A model generated the notes under the pieces. That model did not search any database and was not told the DNA's origin. It worked only from the letters and a program-made list of their open reading frames with translations. Below are positions 25,468-38,627 of a DNA stretch of 64,000 nt, one piece after another. This DNA is from Tubulanus polymorphus (Eukaryota > Animalia > Nemertea): positions 20,360,560-20,424,559 of the forward strand of contig NC_134027.1 in assembly GCF_964204645.1 (NCBI RefSeq), given 5' to 3'. Each line of letters begins with the position of its first letter. The stretch's first letter is position 1. The translations under genes and the position numbers were made by a program.

Positions 25468-28400
25468 TTAAGTAATACATTCAAGAAAAACACACTTGTT
25501 CACTGGTCGAACTAACTTAGTTGACTTTGTTTTAAGTTTAACGCTTCGAATCAAACTATCACTTCCGGCATAAGTTTCGATAACGCGACCTAAAGGCCAA
25601 GACGATCGATGCGACTGATCATCTTTGACAAGAACGATATCGCCTTCAACGAAATTCCTCTGAGGGTTGAACCATTTCTGTCTTTTTTGTAATAATGGTA
25701 AGTACTCGCGTACCCATCTTCTCCAAAAAACATCGGCCAAGTATTGTACTTGACGCCAGCGCCGGCGAACGTACGAATCGCGTTGAGAAAAACTCCCTGG
25801 CGGCAATGTTGGTCCGGAACGCAAAATCAACAAGTGATTTGGAGTAAGTGGTTCCAAGTCAGTTGGATCATCGGAGACGCTTGTCAACGGACGACCATTA
25901 ACAATGGCTTCGACCTCACACATGAGGGTTAACAAGCTCTCATCGTCGAGAACCTGTTCTTTCGTAATCGCACACAAAACACTTCTAACCGATCTAATGA
26001 GTCTTTCCCAAAAACCTCTCATATTTGAAGCGGCGGGTGGGTTAAACTCCAATTCTATCTCCTTTTGCAAAAAGAACTCCTGAATTTTGTCTTGATTCCA
26101 GTTATCGATGGCATCTTTCAGTTCGCGCTGACCGCCCACGAGATTAGTACCGTTGTCACTTCTGATTTTCTCCGGCTGACCCCTCCGCGCGATAAAACGC
26201 CTAAGACCGGAAATAAAGGAGTCGGTATCCAGGGAATGGCATACTTCTAAACTGTTAAGTGAATGGAGCGACTTGCAAGGCAAGTGAAGATACATCCATA
26301 ACGTTTCTCACGCACACGACCGCGTTTAACCAGAAACGGACCAAAATAATCAAGTCCAACAAATGAAAATGGTGGTTTATCGGGAGAGACGCGATCCGGC
26401 GGTAAATCTGACATTTTCTGTTGTGAAAGTTTTGCGTTTCGTTTGCGGCAATTTATACATTTCGATATAGTTCTCCACACAGCGGATTTACCATTAACAA
26501 CCCAAAACTTCAAGCGAATCTTAGAGAGCGTATACTCACGACCTCTATGTGCATAGATATCATGATAGAACCGTACGATTAAGTCAGTGATGTGACCATT
26601 CTTCGGTAATATTATCGGATGCTTCGATGACTCAGAAAGCTCTGAACGACCAAGACGCCCTCTAACGCACAACAAGCCATTAATCCTAACGGGACCCAGT
26701 GCGAGTATTGACGATTGTTTGAGAGTGGAACCGTTGAAAGCATCTGGAAACGCTCTCCTTTGAACGTAAGACAAAATCGCTCTCTCAGCTTCTCGGAGCT
26801 CACCAACTGAAATCGGACCGTAAGAAACATCACCATGATCACGACGTATAAGTTTACGCTTAAAACGCAGTATCCAGGCAACGGACTTTTTAAGGCGCGA
26901 CCAAGACGAGAATAGTGCGAAATAGTTCATAAGAACATCGTTGTCCAAATCAAGTTTACACGAAGACGCGCATGCTTTAGACGACCTTTTATCCTCAACG
27001 TCCGACGATTCGACGACGCCTAAACCAGGTTGTGTCGGCCACGATTCCTCAGTTTTCCATAAGAAATCAGGACCTTTCAGCCATCGACAATCACGATTCA
27101 TTTCATCGATACTTAAACCGCGGCTGGCGTCATCAGCAGGATTTAACTTTCCATCAACAAAGTTCCATTGAGAAGGCTCCGAATGCTCACGAATAACGCC
27201 AACTCTATTAGCGACGAACACAAGTTTCAAGTTTCAAGTTTGTTTATTCATTATAATCACATGACATGATCGTCAATGAACAGCGGATTAGAAGAAAACA
27301 ATATAATACATATATACAATACTAGGATTACAAAAATATTTACAGGAAAGAGTGCATAGGACATAGCGTACTGTACAATATAAGTCAAGCATAAAATTAA
27401 ATATAATATTCTAATCCCGATTGGATATACTTTCCCAATTTGCCAATTCTGATTGACTACCTATATCATGAAATCGCTTATCCTCATTACGAATATATTT
27501 CAACACCGATGTGCTATCAGTCCAATAGAACGTTTTATCAACATCGAAGTATAACTCTCTCGTAATTATGCAATCTAAGCGAATCGATACGGTTGCAGCA
27601 GCTAACTCGAGACGCGGAATAGTCGTAAACTTCAGAGGAATTACTTGTGATTTCCCCGTTACGAAACTACAATGAATACGGTTGCGATCATCCATTAGGC
27701 GAATATAAGACACAGAACCGTAACCAGCCTTTGAAGCATCGAATTCGAAGATACTTGAGTTAATCTGAAGCCGCCCATCGCTAAAACTTTTATCACATGA
27801 GATAGGAGATCAACGGCAGACTCATCGGAGCATACAGACTTCAGACAATCGTCCACGTAAATATTGCGCAACACAGTTTCTACAACATCGTCACCAAACA
27901 AGTCGCGGTTGTCAATCGCGGATCTCTGAATAGCAAAATCAGCGCAACTGAACTGGACGCAGCACCGAATAAATGTACACGCATTCTATACTCTACTATC
28001 TCGTGACTCGATGAGAACTATAGGAATCTAAGAACATCGCACATAGAAGGAGTTACCCGAACTTGATTAAACATCCCTTCAACATCAGCCATAAAAGCGA
28101 CTCGTTCTTGCCTAAAACGTATCAATACGCCAATTAATAGGCTAGTTAGATTCGGTCCTTGCAGGAGATTATCATTGAGTGAAATACCATGAAATTTAGA
28201 CGAACAATCGAACACGACCTGAGTTTGTTTTTTCGCGGATGGTATACAGGGTGATGCGTAAGGTACCAAACGAGCCGATCATTGCGATTTAAATCTTCAT
28301 CAGGAATCAACTCACAAAAACCGGAATTAATCATCTTATCGACGAATGCGGTGTACTCGACCTTTAGCTTAGGATCCTTATCGAAACGACGTTCAAGAAA

Positions 28401-30540
28401 ATCAAATCTATGCTTGGCTAAAGCGCGGTTATTAGGCAAGCTCGGTTTATCATGTTTCCAGGGTAAGCTTAATTCGTAGTGACCGTCGTCGGTCAGCTTA
28501 ACAGTTGATTCCATGATAGGTAGCGCTCTTCTATCATCATACGACATATAAGTTGTTCGTATTCAAATCGTTGAACTCCATGTTACAATAAACCTCGAAC
28601 TGTTTTTTTAGACTTTCGGACTTGATTGAACACGAATTGATTGAACATGACTTCGGCTGCGATCGATTATTCTTCGTGCATAATGGACCATTGACCGCCC
28701 AACCGAAAATTGTTTTCACCGCATACGGACCACCGCGAGAACTCGATCTGACTTCAATTGGCTCTAAAGCTAAGCTGTTGTCACTGCCAATAATTAGACC
28801 CACCTCGGCATCAACTCGTGATACACGTACGCCATCTAAGTGTACCCATCTGTCTATTTCCTCCTGCCTAGGAATATCGCTACGATCAATCGGTAACTTT
28901 GGCTGCGAATAAACATCATAAAAAACAAGCATTGAGTTTTCCTCGAAATCATAAACGCGAAGATCAGCCACAAGAGAGACCGATTCGCGATCCAAAAAGT
29001 TCAATGTAGACAAGGAGTGCAACTCGCCTATCACTCAAGCAGCACCCTAGATCGCTTAGTAATTGTTCTGAACAGAATGTTGAATTTGATCCCGTATCGA
29101 GAAGAGCGTACGTCGTCACGCATAAATCATTAGACATTCTTTTAACCTTGACAGGCACGATCGGCATACCAACAGCAACACGTGGCTTTTTGATGAAAGA
29201 ACTCGTAGTACGATTCTGTTGAACAGCGACATCCGTAGGCGAGTTATCGGTAGGCGAAATATTGGGCGCAGGAGCGTAACGATGCAATAGAATATTGTGT
29301 CTATAACCACACACGCCACATGGCATTTTTCGACAATTACGTGCCCGATGATGCACGCCGAAACAATTGAAACACAGATTATTGTTTCTTAAAAACGCTA
29401 ATCTGTCATGCATGAGTTTGTCTTTAAAACTTAAACAGTCTGACAAGAGATGGTCTTGTTTACACAGAAAGCACGAGCTATTATTCGGGTTTAATGACCG
29501 TGTCGTGATGGGAACATTCTGCACTTGTTGAGAATTCGCAGCGCAACTCTTCTGTTTACCCGAACTAGCAACACCGTGAAATTTTTTATCCCGGGGGCCA
29601 TCTGCAATTTTACCGAAAATAGGAGGGTTGACGATGCGGGCTTCATTTTCCACGAAAACAGATATGTCCTCCAAACGTATCTCGCGACATTCAAAAGTAG
29701 AAATATAGTCCGCCTTAGTACGCCAGCGCTTTTTCAAATCATATGGCAATCTAGCAAGAATTCGCCTAAGATTATCGGGATTTTCGATTTTACTCATGAA
29801 GCCGATTTCAGGTAAAGTATTATGACAGCTTGATAGTTGCACACTCAAGTTCATTAATGCGTTCGCATCCTCTGACTTAATCACGGGACCATCGATTATA
29901 CGATCAACTAAAGCCGTCCCAATTGCGTAATTACTTCCGAATCGCTATTTCAAAGCAAGCCTAGCCTCTGGATAGGCTTCATCTGGATCTTTAACGAGAT
30001 AACTTTAATTAGTTCTTGTACACCACCTCTTGTGTATTGAACAAGATAATACAATCTTTCGCGACTACAGGACGTTTTCAACTCGATCAAGTTTTCGAAA
30101 GCATTTACGAAGTAACAATAGTCACTAGGATTACCACTAAAAACCGGCATTTCAGGTTTCAGCAAGGACATCTTAACGAGATTTTGCACCAAAGAGTTCA
30201 AGTCCTCTTCGTTACGAACAGCATTAGACCGTGACCGGTCATGGTCAATATCGCTTTGACAACAACCGGCCTTGTTAACCACGTCTGGGGTAAGTTTACT
30301 GCGCTCTTCGGCGAGGGATTGTCCCTGATTTTGATTTTCATCGACAACGTTAAAAGCAAGATAGCATTTTTCCTTTTTCCTGAGTTCATGGTGCTTATCT
30401 TCTTCCCTTTCAAAATACACGAACGATTCCTCAACGCGATCCACATCTTCTTCCGGAATTAAACCGTGATACTGGTCGTGGGATTCCTCAAACTTTGTCC
30501 ACGCGTCAGTTAAATCCATAATGTAGCTTCTCGACTTCAT
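25468..30540 (-). pseudogene. BEL/Pao gag-pol, frameshifted
   Basis: Gag Cys/His knuckles (CFLCKQDH, CFNCFGVHH), protease LLDTGS, RT YVDD, TIPRLEL and YWTDS, integrase GLDYFGP, SDNGTN, WERLIRSV and WPLGRV. Confidence 0.9.
27222..27466 (-). mobile_element. Short 3' LINE fragment inserted in the BEL RNase H region
   Basis: Interrupts DKRFH|VFVANRV. Carries aataaa and an (aaacttg)n tail on the minus strand. Confidence 0.6.
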
Positions 30541-31130
30541 CGTTTCCAGATTTCGACTTTAACGCAGCTCGCAGTTTATTGCTCCTACTGGTCACTTGAG
30601 CTTTAAAACCACCTCTCGACTTCTTGAGCTTATCTTCCTTGTCCGAATCCATTATAGCAAGTTACTTGTTCCAAACAATGTTGCAACTGACAACCAAGAA
30701 TTTTGTTCTCAAGTTCCAAACCGACTTTATTCGACCATATCGACCAAGACGAAAGACGTTTCTACAATATGAAATGAAACTTTACAAGTTTGTGATTCAG
30801 TATACAGAAAACTTACTTCTAATAAGCAACTGATAACTAAAGTTACGAATTATCTTGAATTAAACTTACGGAACAATTGAGCCTTTTTGACAAGATATTG
30901 CTAAACCAAAAACCAGCTGCGTTCAAATATGGCTACCACAGAATGACGTAAAAAAGCCGAAAAATTATAAGAATGATAGGTGGCAGCACAATACAGACAT
31001 ATGAAGTTATAAACTTCGAACTGAAGTAACCATACAAACTTCAAACTACAAGAGCCGAAACGTGGCGTCAACAATATGGAATAAACCTAGAAATTACTTT
31101 AACAAAACTCGACATTTCTTTACGCAGGTA

Positions 31131-31306
31131 CAGTCAACCCCCGATATACCGCCTTCCCATATACCGCCACCTCCGCCTACCACCAGGTTTTCTCAATGTA
31201 CATCTCAATACAAATACATAGTAGAACACCCCTGTTATACCGCCATACTCTCTATACCGCCAAAATAGTTCTGCACCGATGTGGGCGGTATATCGGGGGC
31301 TGACTG
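31131..31306. mobile_element. Tc1/mariner-type MITE with TA TSD
   Basis: TA|cagtcaacccccgatataccgcc ... ggcggtatatcgggggctgactg|TA. Confidence 0.85.
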
Positions 31307-31627
31307 TATATCCCATGGACGCTCCCGTAATGTGGTTCAATTGTATTACAAAAACTCACGAGAAAAGGGTTACAGGTACTGTTCAGCCTGGTCGTAAATT
31401 CTCAAAAACAAACTACGACAACGATGTACAGCTCCAATACGCTCATTTATTTAAGACTCAGAATGAGTGAGGTTTGCTATACAAAGGTGCGAAAAATACA
31501 AAATTTAGACAAACAATTCGCATTCAAAAGGCAAATATTTAGTTTGAAATTCACCAAATCTAAATTGATATAATACTTACAATAACTGTGCCAGGCAAGG
31601 GGATGTATAGAACCAGACTGACGCCTA

Positions 31628-32127
31628 CTGTCTGTCACACCTACTCTCCGTGCGACGTTTTGGTCCGTAATTTCGTTAATAATCGGTTTATCTACCTTTA
31701 TTACGCATCAATTTGTTCAGTGAGGAATTTGCATTCAGAAATAAACAACAATTTTCACTTAATTTGTTTTTGTTTTCATTTATGAGCGATAGTTTACTCA
31801 GCATACGCTCGCGTAATGCTGAAAAATCCGCTCCGCGGACGCTCGGAAACGTTACAGTGACGTCATCCCCTGCTCATTAGCATATCAAAATACAGTAGGT
31901 GGCGCCACGTGACGGGCCATAAAAGCCGTTTTTCAGCATTACGCGAGCGTATGCTAGGTAAACTATCGCTGATTGAAGAAAACACAAACAAATTTATGCC
32001 AGTTCATGATTTATTTCTGAATGCAAATTCCTTACTGAACAAATTGATGCATAATATTTACAGATCAACCGATTATTAACGAAATTACGGACCAAAACGT
32101 CGCACGAAGAGCATGTGTGACAGACAG
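31628..32127. mobile_element. Palindromic (hairpin) MITE with TA TSD
   Basis: TA|ctgtctgtcacac ... gtgtgacagacag|TA, with ~200-bp inverted arms ending at gcatacgctcgcgtaatgctgaaaa and ttttcagcattacgcgagcgtatgc. Confidence 0.85.
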
Positions 32128-32495
32128 TAGCCGGGAATTCACGGGTTTAAATACAGTGCTGGCCTTAAGCGCGAAAAATGTTTAAGTTCCAAAATGACGA
32201 ATTGCAGGATTTGATATGCTTCAAACACAGTACAAGTACACTACAGAGCGTTGAATAAATCATAGAAATAGCTAAAGAAATACAATAAATCGACATATCT
32301 ATATGAAATACACCAGTTTCAAACAGGTACCATGACGTAAATGTGTATTTATTGTCTCTTCACGAGGGGGGTTAGTCAACTAGTGGATAGTTTTTCCAAT
32401 CTATCGAGGTCCGATGACCAAGCTCTGGCAAGCGAGGATGTCAGAAGACATGTCGAATAATCCTTGATCCGCCCCTGAAAATGAGTGACAGTCTG

Positions 32496-33908
32496 AGATA
32501 TTTGCTGGCGATTCTTGGAATTTTTGAACGCAACAATTGAGAACAGTGACGATGTGAAACCAAGGACCGCATATCTTAACCGCGCGTAAAAGAAATCGCA
32601 ATATTTATCAATTTTAAAATATCTAAGTATCTCTTAAAGCTATATTTCCTATTTTCATAGAGGTTAAAGAGGGTTATTTGCAGTTTAAGCCTGCGTTGAT
32701 TTTTTTTTGAATATCTTTCCTGGACGACTGATCTGTACCCGCTTGAGTTTGAGATTACGCGCAAAAGGGGTCTCCCACTGCGCACCGCCATTTCACTGAA
32801 CATTGAGATTTGTGAAAAGAAATCGCAAAAATAAGATTTTATACTGGTTTGTAGTTATTAATATTGCTTCTGATGGTTATATATTACCTTTATTTTCGTA
32901 TGGTTGAAAATGGACTTTGAGTGCTTTGATGAATTCGAGTTTTGTAGCGTTGGGAAATTAAAGGATTTCTTGTAAGAGTGGGTTTTCTGTGTTGGTTGCA
33001 AATGTGGCCTAGTTGAGAACCTAATTTGCGTTTCAAGCGAATGTACCACTCATGGTTGGACACTAGAAAAAAATCTAAGTTTTTATATATTTTTGAATAT
33101 GCGGCGCAGCTGAAAGTTGCCAAACTGGACGTTGACCTCCTAAAACAGAATATCAATTGGGGGACAGATATGAACCCCTTTAAATATTACATTGGAATTT
33201 TATATTAGTAAGGTTTTCTTGTCGATGTTTTCCAGCAAGAAGGTTGAGATTCAGTAAATTCATCGTATGATCCCAGAATGAGGGATTACCAGAGGGAGAT
33301 ATGTGTTGAATATGTCCCAAGCGTTTAAATTGACTGGCACATTTCACCATCGACTCTAAGACGTTCGATTTCACCGAACACAAAATCGGCGCTAGGCTGG
33401 ACGGGCTGTACACGACAATTCCTCAACTGTGCCGTTCAAACTTCAATAGCGGGACAAACCGGATCCCGAAACCAGCTAAACGAATTGCCCCCGCCAAAAT
33501 ACGGTACAAACAAGATATGGATTATCATCTCAAAATATCCCCATGGAAAATGTGAAGAAATAAAATTGCATTTAATTAAAGATTTCTTGTCGCAAATCTC
33601 AATGTTCAGTGAAATTGCAATGCGCAGTGGGAGACCCCTTTTGCGCGTAATCTCAAACTCAAGCGGGTACAGATCAGTCGTCAGGAAAGATATTCAAAAG
33701 ATTTTAACGCAGACTTAAACTGCTGATAACCCTCTTTAACCTCTGTGAAAATAGGAAATATAGCTTCAAGAGATACTTAGATATTTAAAAATTAATAGAT
33801 ATCGCGGTTTCTTTTATGCACGGTTAAGATATGCGGTCCTTGGTTTCACATCGTCACTGTTCTCAATTGTTGCATTCAAAAATTCCAAGAATCGCCAGCA
33901 AATATCTG
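32496..33908. mobile_element. Non-autonomous element with ~330-bp terminal inverted repeats
   Basis: 32496-32825 is the reverse complement of ~33580-33908 (agatatttgctggcgattcttgg...). The mirrored ORFs at 32576(-) and 33485(+) share MFSE.A.RSGRPLLRVISNSSGYRSVV. Confidence 0.8.
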
Positions 33909-34232
33909 CATTTCATTTCCTTTAAAATGATGTATAACTTAAGTTCATCGAGCAAGGGGCTGCAGAACTATATGATATTCAATCTAAACTTATGTTTTAA
34001 AAATGAGCGCAAATCATCGCAACAATGGGGACCTCGAGGAACCACCACAAAATGGCGCCTAGAAACTGGAAACTTCTTTAATCGTTTCATTTAATTTTCG
34101 AGTTAAGTCTTTTGAGTTATTAAATGGGAATCTTTCTAAAATTATAATTATAATTTATGCCATAATTTTGAGCCATTTTTCACTGCTGAGACATCTCAAG
34201 TTAAGGTTTACTTTTTATTTTGTGGTTAGTCA

Positions 34233-35357
34233 TGTGACATCCTGCAGGGGATCCCTGTAGGAGTGCATGAGTGCAACAGAACTTGGGTGCAACAGGACTT
34301 GCTTTAGAGATGTTGAGGGAGAAGGATCTTAGCTGAAGACCCTCTGGAATCCCTTTCTATAATTTCCGTCTAAGTTGCACGACTTGTGGACCGAATTGGA
34401 CATTATAAATTTTCAAAATCATTACGCATAAGTTATTCTTTTACCGACCTAGTAATAGATTCTATTAGCTGGATGAAAAGTATTTCGGATTTGATTCGGC
34501 GAGTTAAGTAATCCGATCGAATGGTTACGGTTGATCGAATCGTGGATGTTTTTTTGTACCAATATCAGATTCGAGTAGAACGTTCATCGGAAGGTGATTT
34601 ATATCGATAGCGATCTGTAACGTTTAGAACGACATTTTCCTGGGGGTTGACTGAACACCCAGCGTATTTTAATCTAATCATTATCGGATCACTAATCTGT
34701 GGATTTTTGATAGCTTTACGGTTTCCCGTCAGTAGTTACCAGACCCATGGTATACTTATTTTCCGTATTAGAACGGATCAAGTGCAACTAGAGAGCGGAC
34801 TATTGCTTAATTAAATGTTTCTTCCAATTCTTTGAGTTGGATCGTTTTGTTCGTGAGCAATTACTGTTAGCGAGATTGGACCTTTTTACCGGTACTGGAC
34901 TTCGGGACATGCGGGAGTGGTGGTAAATTTTGCGTACGTTCGGAGCGGTATTTTTGAACGTGTAAATTTGTTTAGTGTTTTATAAAAACTGACTAACTGA
35001 CTGTGTCTCTGTGTTTCTGTGTTTTGTGTCCTTCTGTGTTTTTGCGTCAAATGGAGTTAATTTGGAGTCATCAATTTCGAACTATTTCGTCAGTGACTAG
35101 GAAGGTAGATCAAGAGATTCGTCGTTTGGTAGATTTTCATTTTTTCTTATTTACGTAAAAATTCTTCTAAGATTTGAAGTAATTGATTTACTTTGGTAGT
35201 TTGAAGTATATAATTGAGTAATTAATTTTCTCTATTTGATAATTTGAATATTTTCTTTATTAATAATAAAACTGTATATTCTATTCCAGTGTTGTGTTTT
35301 GTATTTTGTTGTCGGTATCAGGGGTTTAGGATTTTTCATTTTGAGGACCCAATAACA
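34233..35357 (+). mobile_element. Probable solo LTR
   Basis: TGTGACA...ATAACA ends, and AATAAA at ~35265 followed by a GT-rich U5-like tract. No TSD found. Confidence 0.4.
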
Positions 35358-35481
35358 TCTGGCAAGTGTGGGTTACATAGATTTCATTGCACTTCTATAA
35401 ACTGAAGATGATAGTAATTCCCTCCATAGATGTACAATATGACGACCCATCGTTTGATAAGGAATAAATATTGTGGTTAGG

Positions 35482-36176
35482 GGTTAGCGGTAAAAATCCC
35501 CTGGGTAAAAATCCCCTCGGTAAAAATCCCCAATTCTTCAGAGAGTAGGTAACAATCCCCTTCCTGAATGCAGTGTAAGTAGATACAATCTTAAGGTCAA
35601 TTAATTCGTACAATTTATACATATATCCAATTTTTTATTTTGGAACATCATAAGGATATCATGAATATGAAAATTATAGTATATACTTGAATTAAAACAT
35701 ACCACAAATTACCAGCCCATTAATACTAGATCAGTTCTTAAAGTTACCACACAGCTTAATGAAAGGGTTCATTGCACTAATATATTACACTAGCTCGAAT
35801 CTAAGAACTAAAAGTCCATTATTGCTAAGAATTCAGGGCATTGCACTCCTCAAATATACCACAAATCAACAAGATTTCACAGTACAAAAATATTTCAGTT
35901 CAAATTTTTTAAAGATACTACAAATAAAGAGTTCATTATTCTTATTAATTCTAACAATTTATTTTATTCTAAGAGCTTACTTAAAGAATTTATCCCAACG
36001 AAAGATTCCATTGCGCAGTTCAAACAAATTTCAGTCTCATTGCAAATGAAGAAAATTGGAGAAAGATTTTGCTTTGAAATGTTCTTGAACATCACCAAGT
36101 GTGGATTTTTACCTACTTTGAATATTTGGGGATTTTTACCTAGGGGATTTTTACCCAGGGGATATTTACCTACACC
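35482..36176. mobile_element. Mutator (MULE) MITE with 9-bp TSD
   Basis: TIRs of tandem ggtaaaaatcccc and ggggatttttacc units, flanked by gtggttagg (35473-35481) and gtggtaagg (36177-36185). Confidence 0.8.
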
Positions 36177-36989
36177 GTGGTAAGGACACAATCCTCATTC
36201 TTGGGATACGAATTCGTTGATTGCATTCGGTCATTTAAACTACTGGCTAATTTACAGTGGTCACTATTGAAAACGATTTATTGAGGTGCCCTTAAATCAA
36301 GAGAGATTCCGGAAAAAATGTCTCAGTCTTTCATGACTAAGTTGGTAATGTAGTTTATTTCACTCCATAATAACACCCGAGAACAAACTTAGTAATACAT
36401 TTCAATCACAATTTATCATTTGATAACAAATAATGGCATGGCTTTACTTTTATTTAATTATTTGTATTATGAATTCAAAGTCTTCTTAAATTTGACGTTA
36501 TCATGTTATAAATGACATGCTCTCAATGCCAAAATTCTAGGCCTATAATTCTCATGGTCACTCAATGAAATTTTATTGTTAGTGTGCAATTTACACAATT
36601 AACAAGTTTGTTCTCTGGTGTTATTTTGATAGGAAAAATTACTAAATTAGTGATAGACTGAGACATACATATTTTCCGGGACTTTTTTTCCAGGGACATT
36701 TTGTTCCGGGGACATTTTTACCTACATTCTTTATTAATACACAAGAATTCCCTTCAGAATCCATAGAATGCCCCTCAATGTTAATTCCTTTTTTTCATTT
36801 TCCACAGTCCTTAAGATCTTATGGATAATATTCTAATAATAAGAAAGATATTCATTTTTCCCTTTCATTGTTTTTCCTGAAAGAAAAAAAACAGTACTAC
36901 TAAAAACGACCAACAAAATCTATGAAACAAATGATAACTTGGACGTGAAATTTCCCATTGCATCTTTTCCAGAAACAACACTCGGAACA

Positions 36990-38231
36990 TTCTTCTACGA
37001 GTTAAATTGACAAGCTTGAGTTGATAAATCGCTGTAGGAAGAGGGCAGCAGACGAGGAAACTCCGTTGAGGCAGATATTCGATGCGGAAGCAAGAGAATC
37101 AAATGTAGCAGAATTAGTGACATTTGCAAAGAATGTATAAGCGTCGTCGGTTAAATATACCTGCATTACCTGCCACAGTAGAGGATATTCCGGCTGCCGT
37201 GGAGGACAGTTGTTATAGTGAAATGCGTGACGAATCTCCATTCTACAGGGGCGCAAAGCATACAGAAAATGGACTTGCTAAAGTTTTTGCTAGTGACTGG
37301 CAAATCCAACTTCTCACGGGAAGAGAATCAGCTCATATGGACGCCACATTTAAAACAGTACCCGCCACTTTCTACCAGCTATTTACAGTGTTTGTAACAA
37401 TATCTGGTCATGTATTCCCGGTCATATAGGCACTGATGACTCGAAAAACGGAACAGTTATATCGTGTTTGCTAAGATTATAGAAATAGCGCCGAATTAAC
37501 CCCACTAGAATTATGGCTGACTTTGAGGAATCACCAGCCATAGCGATACAAATATTGAAATAAAGGGCTGCTGGTTTCATTTTGTCCAAGCACTGCTACG
37601 TAAAATTCAATTAAGATTGGATTACAATATGCTTATCGTAATGATAATAATGTTCGCCAAACGGTTCTAAAGACTATGTGCCTTCCCCTACTCCCAGCAG
37701 AACGGATTCAAGAGGGTCTGCAAATCATCCGTCCGGAAAATCCGGCAGCTCGTTTAAAAAGATACTTCAACTACATCGAAACCTACTGGATGAGTCGTAT
37801 TGGATCAGAAAGAATAACGGTTCATGGCTGTCCAGCCAGGACAAATAATGGTGTCGAAAGCTTTCATTGCAATGTCAGGCGGCGTTTTGGAATACATCCA
37901 GATATGTGGGTCTTGTTGAGACATTAACAAGAAATGACTGAGGATATGACGTCTACAGCGTGGACTAGAAATCCGTCGACGTAAAAAGCGAAAAGTAGTA
38001 TCTAATGATGTGCGCATCAAGTCATGTATCCACCGTTTTGACGATGGCTTGTACACACTTACGGAATTCTTAGACGCAGCGAAATATCATATAGGCAAAT
38101 ACGCCTATGATGAAATTCAAAATGATGAAGATGATGATGAAGATGGCAATGATGATGATGATATCGACGAAGGCAATATTTCAAATGATGAACTTCCCGA
38201 TTTGATTGAAGATCCCGTACCTGATGCGTAA
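36990..38231 (+). pseudogene. MULE (Mutator-like) DDE transposase relic
   Basis: HMDATFKTVP..FYQLFTV, ADFE, GCWFHF, CLPLLP, YIETYW and RTNNGVESFH, with stops and frameshifts and an acidic tail. Confidence 0.85.
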
Positions 38232-38627
38232 GATGACGCCGAGCAAAACCAAGAAATACAAGTACAAACTAAACAGGATGATAGAATTCTATCATTTTCC
38301 ATGTTGTGCATTTTCCACCCATTTTACTTTTTCTGAAATTTTCTGGCAGTGGATTTTTCTTTCAAATTCATGTAGGTTATTTTCCCTGTTGTACATTTTC
38401 ATGTAATGCATTTTCTATTAATTTCCAATAGTGGATTTCTCTACCAAATTCCGACTGATCTTTTCCATCATTTCCAATGCCGCAAAAATTTCCACCCATT
38501 TCTTTTCTGTCATATTCCAAAAGTGGCTAATTCTATATGATTCTTGTTCGTCAACAACCATGTTGTGCATTTTCGTTTTGTACGTTTTCTAGCTATCCAT
38601 AAAAATGGATAGCATAATGGCTGTACT

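Larger units (their letters stand above)
25018..31073 (-). mobile_element. BEL/Pao LTR retrotransposon, degenerate
   Basis: Near-identical LTRs at ~25018-25345 and 30704-31073, starting TGTTGACGCCAC on the minus strand. PPT-like cggtgccgggaa precedes the 3' LTR. Domain order gag-protease-RT-RNase H-integrase. Confidence 0.92.
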
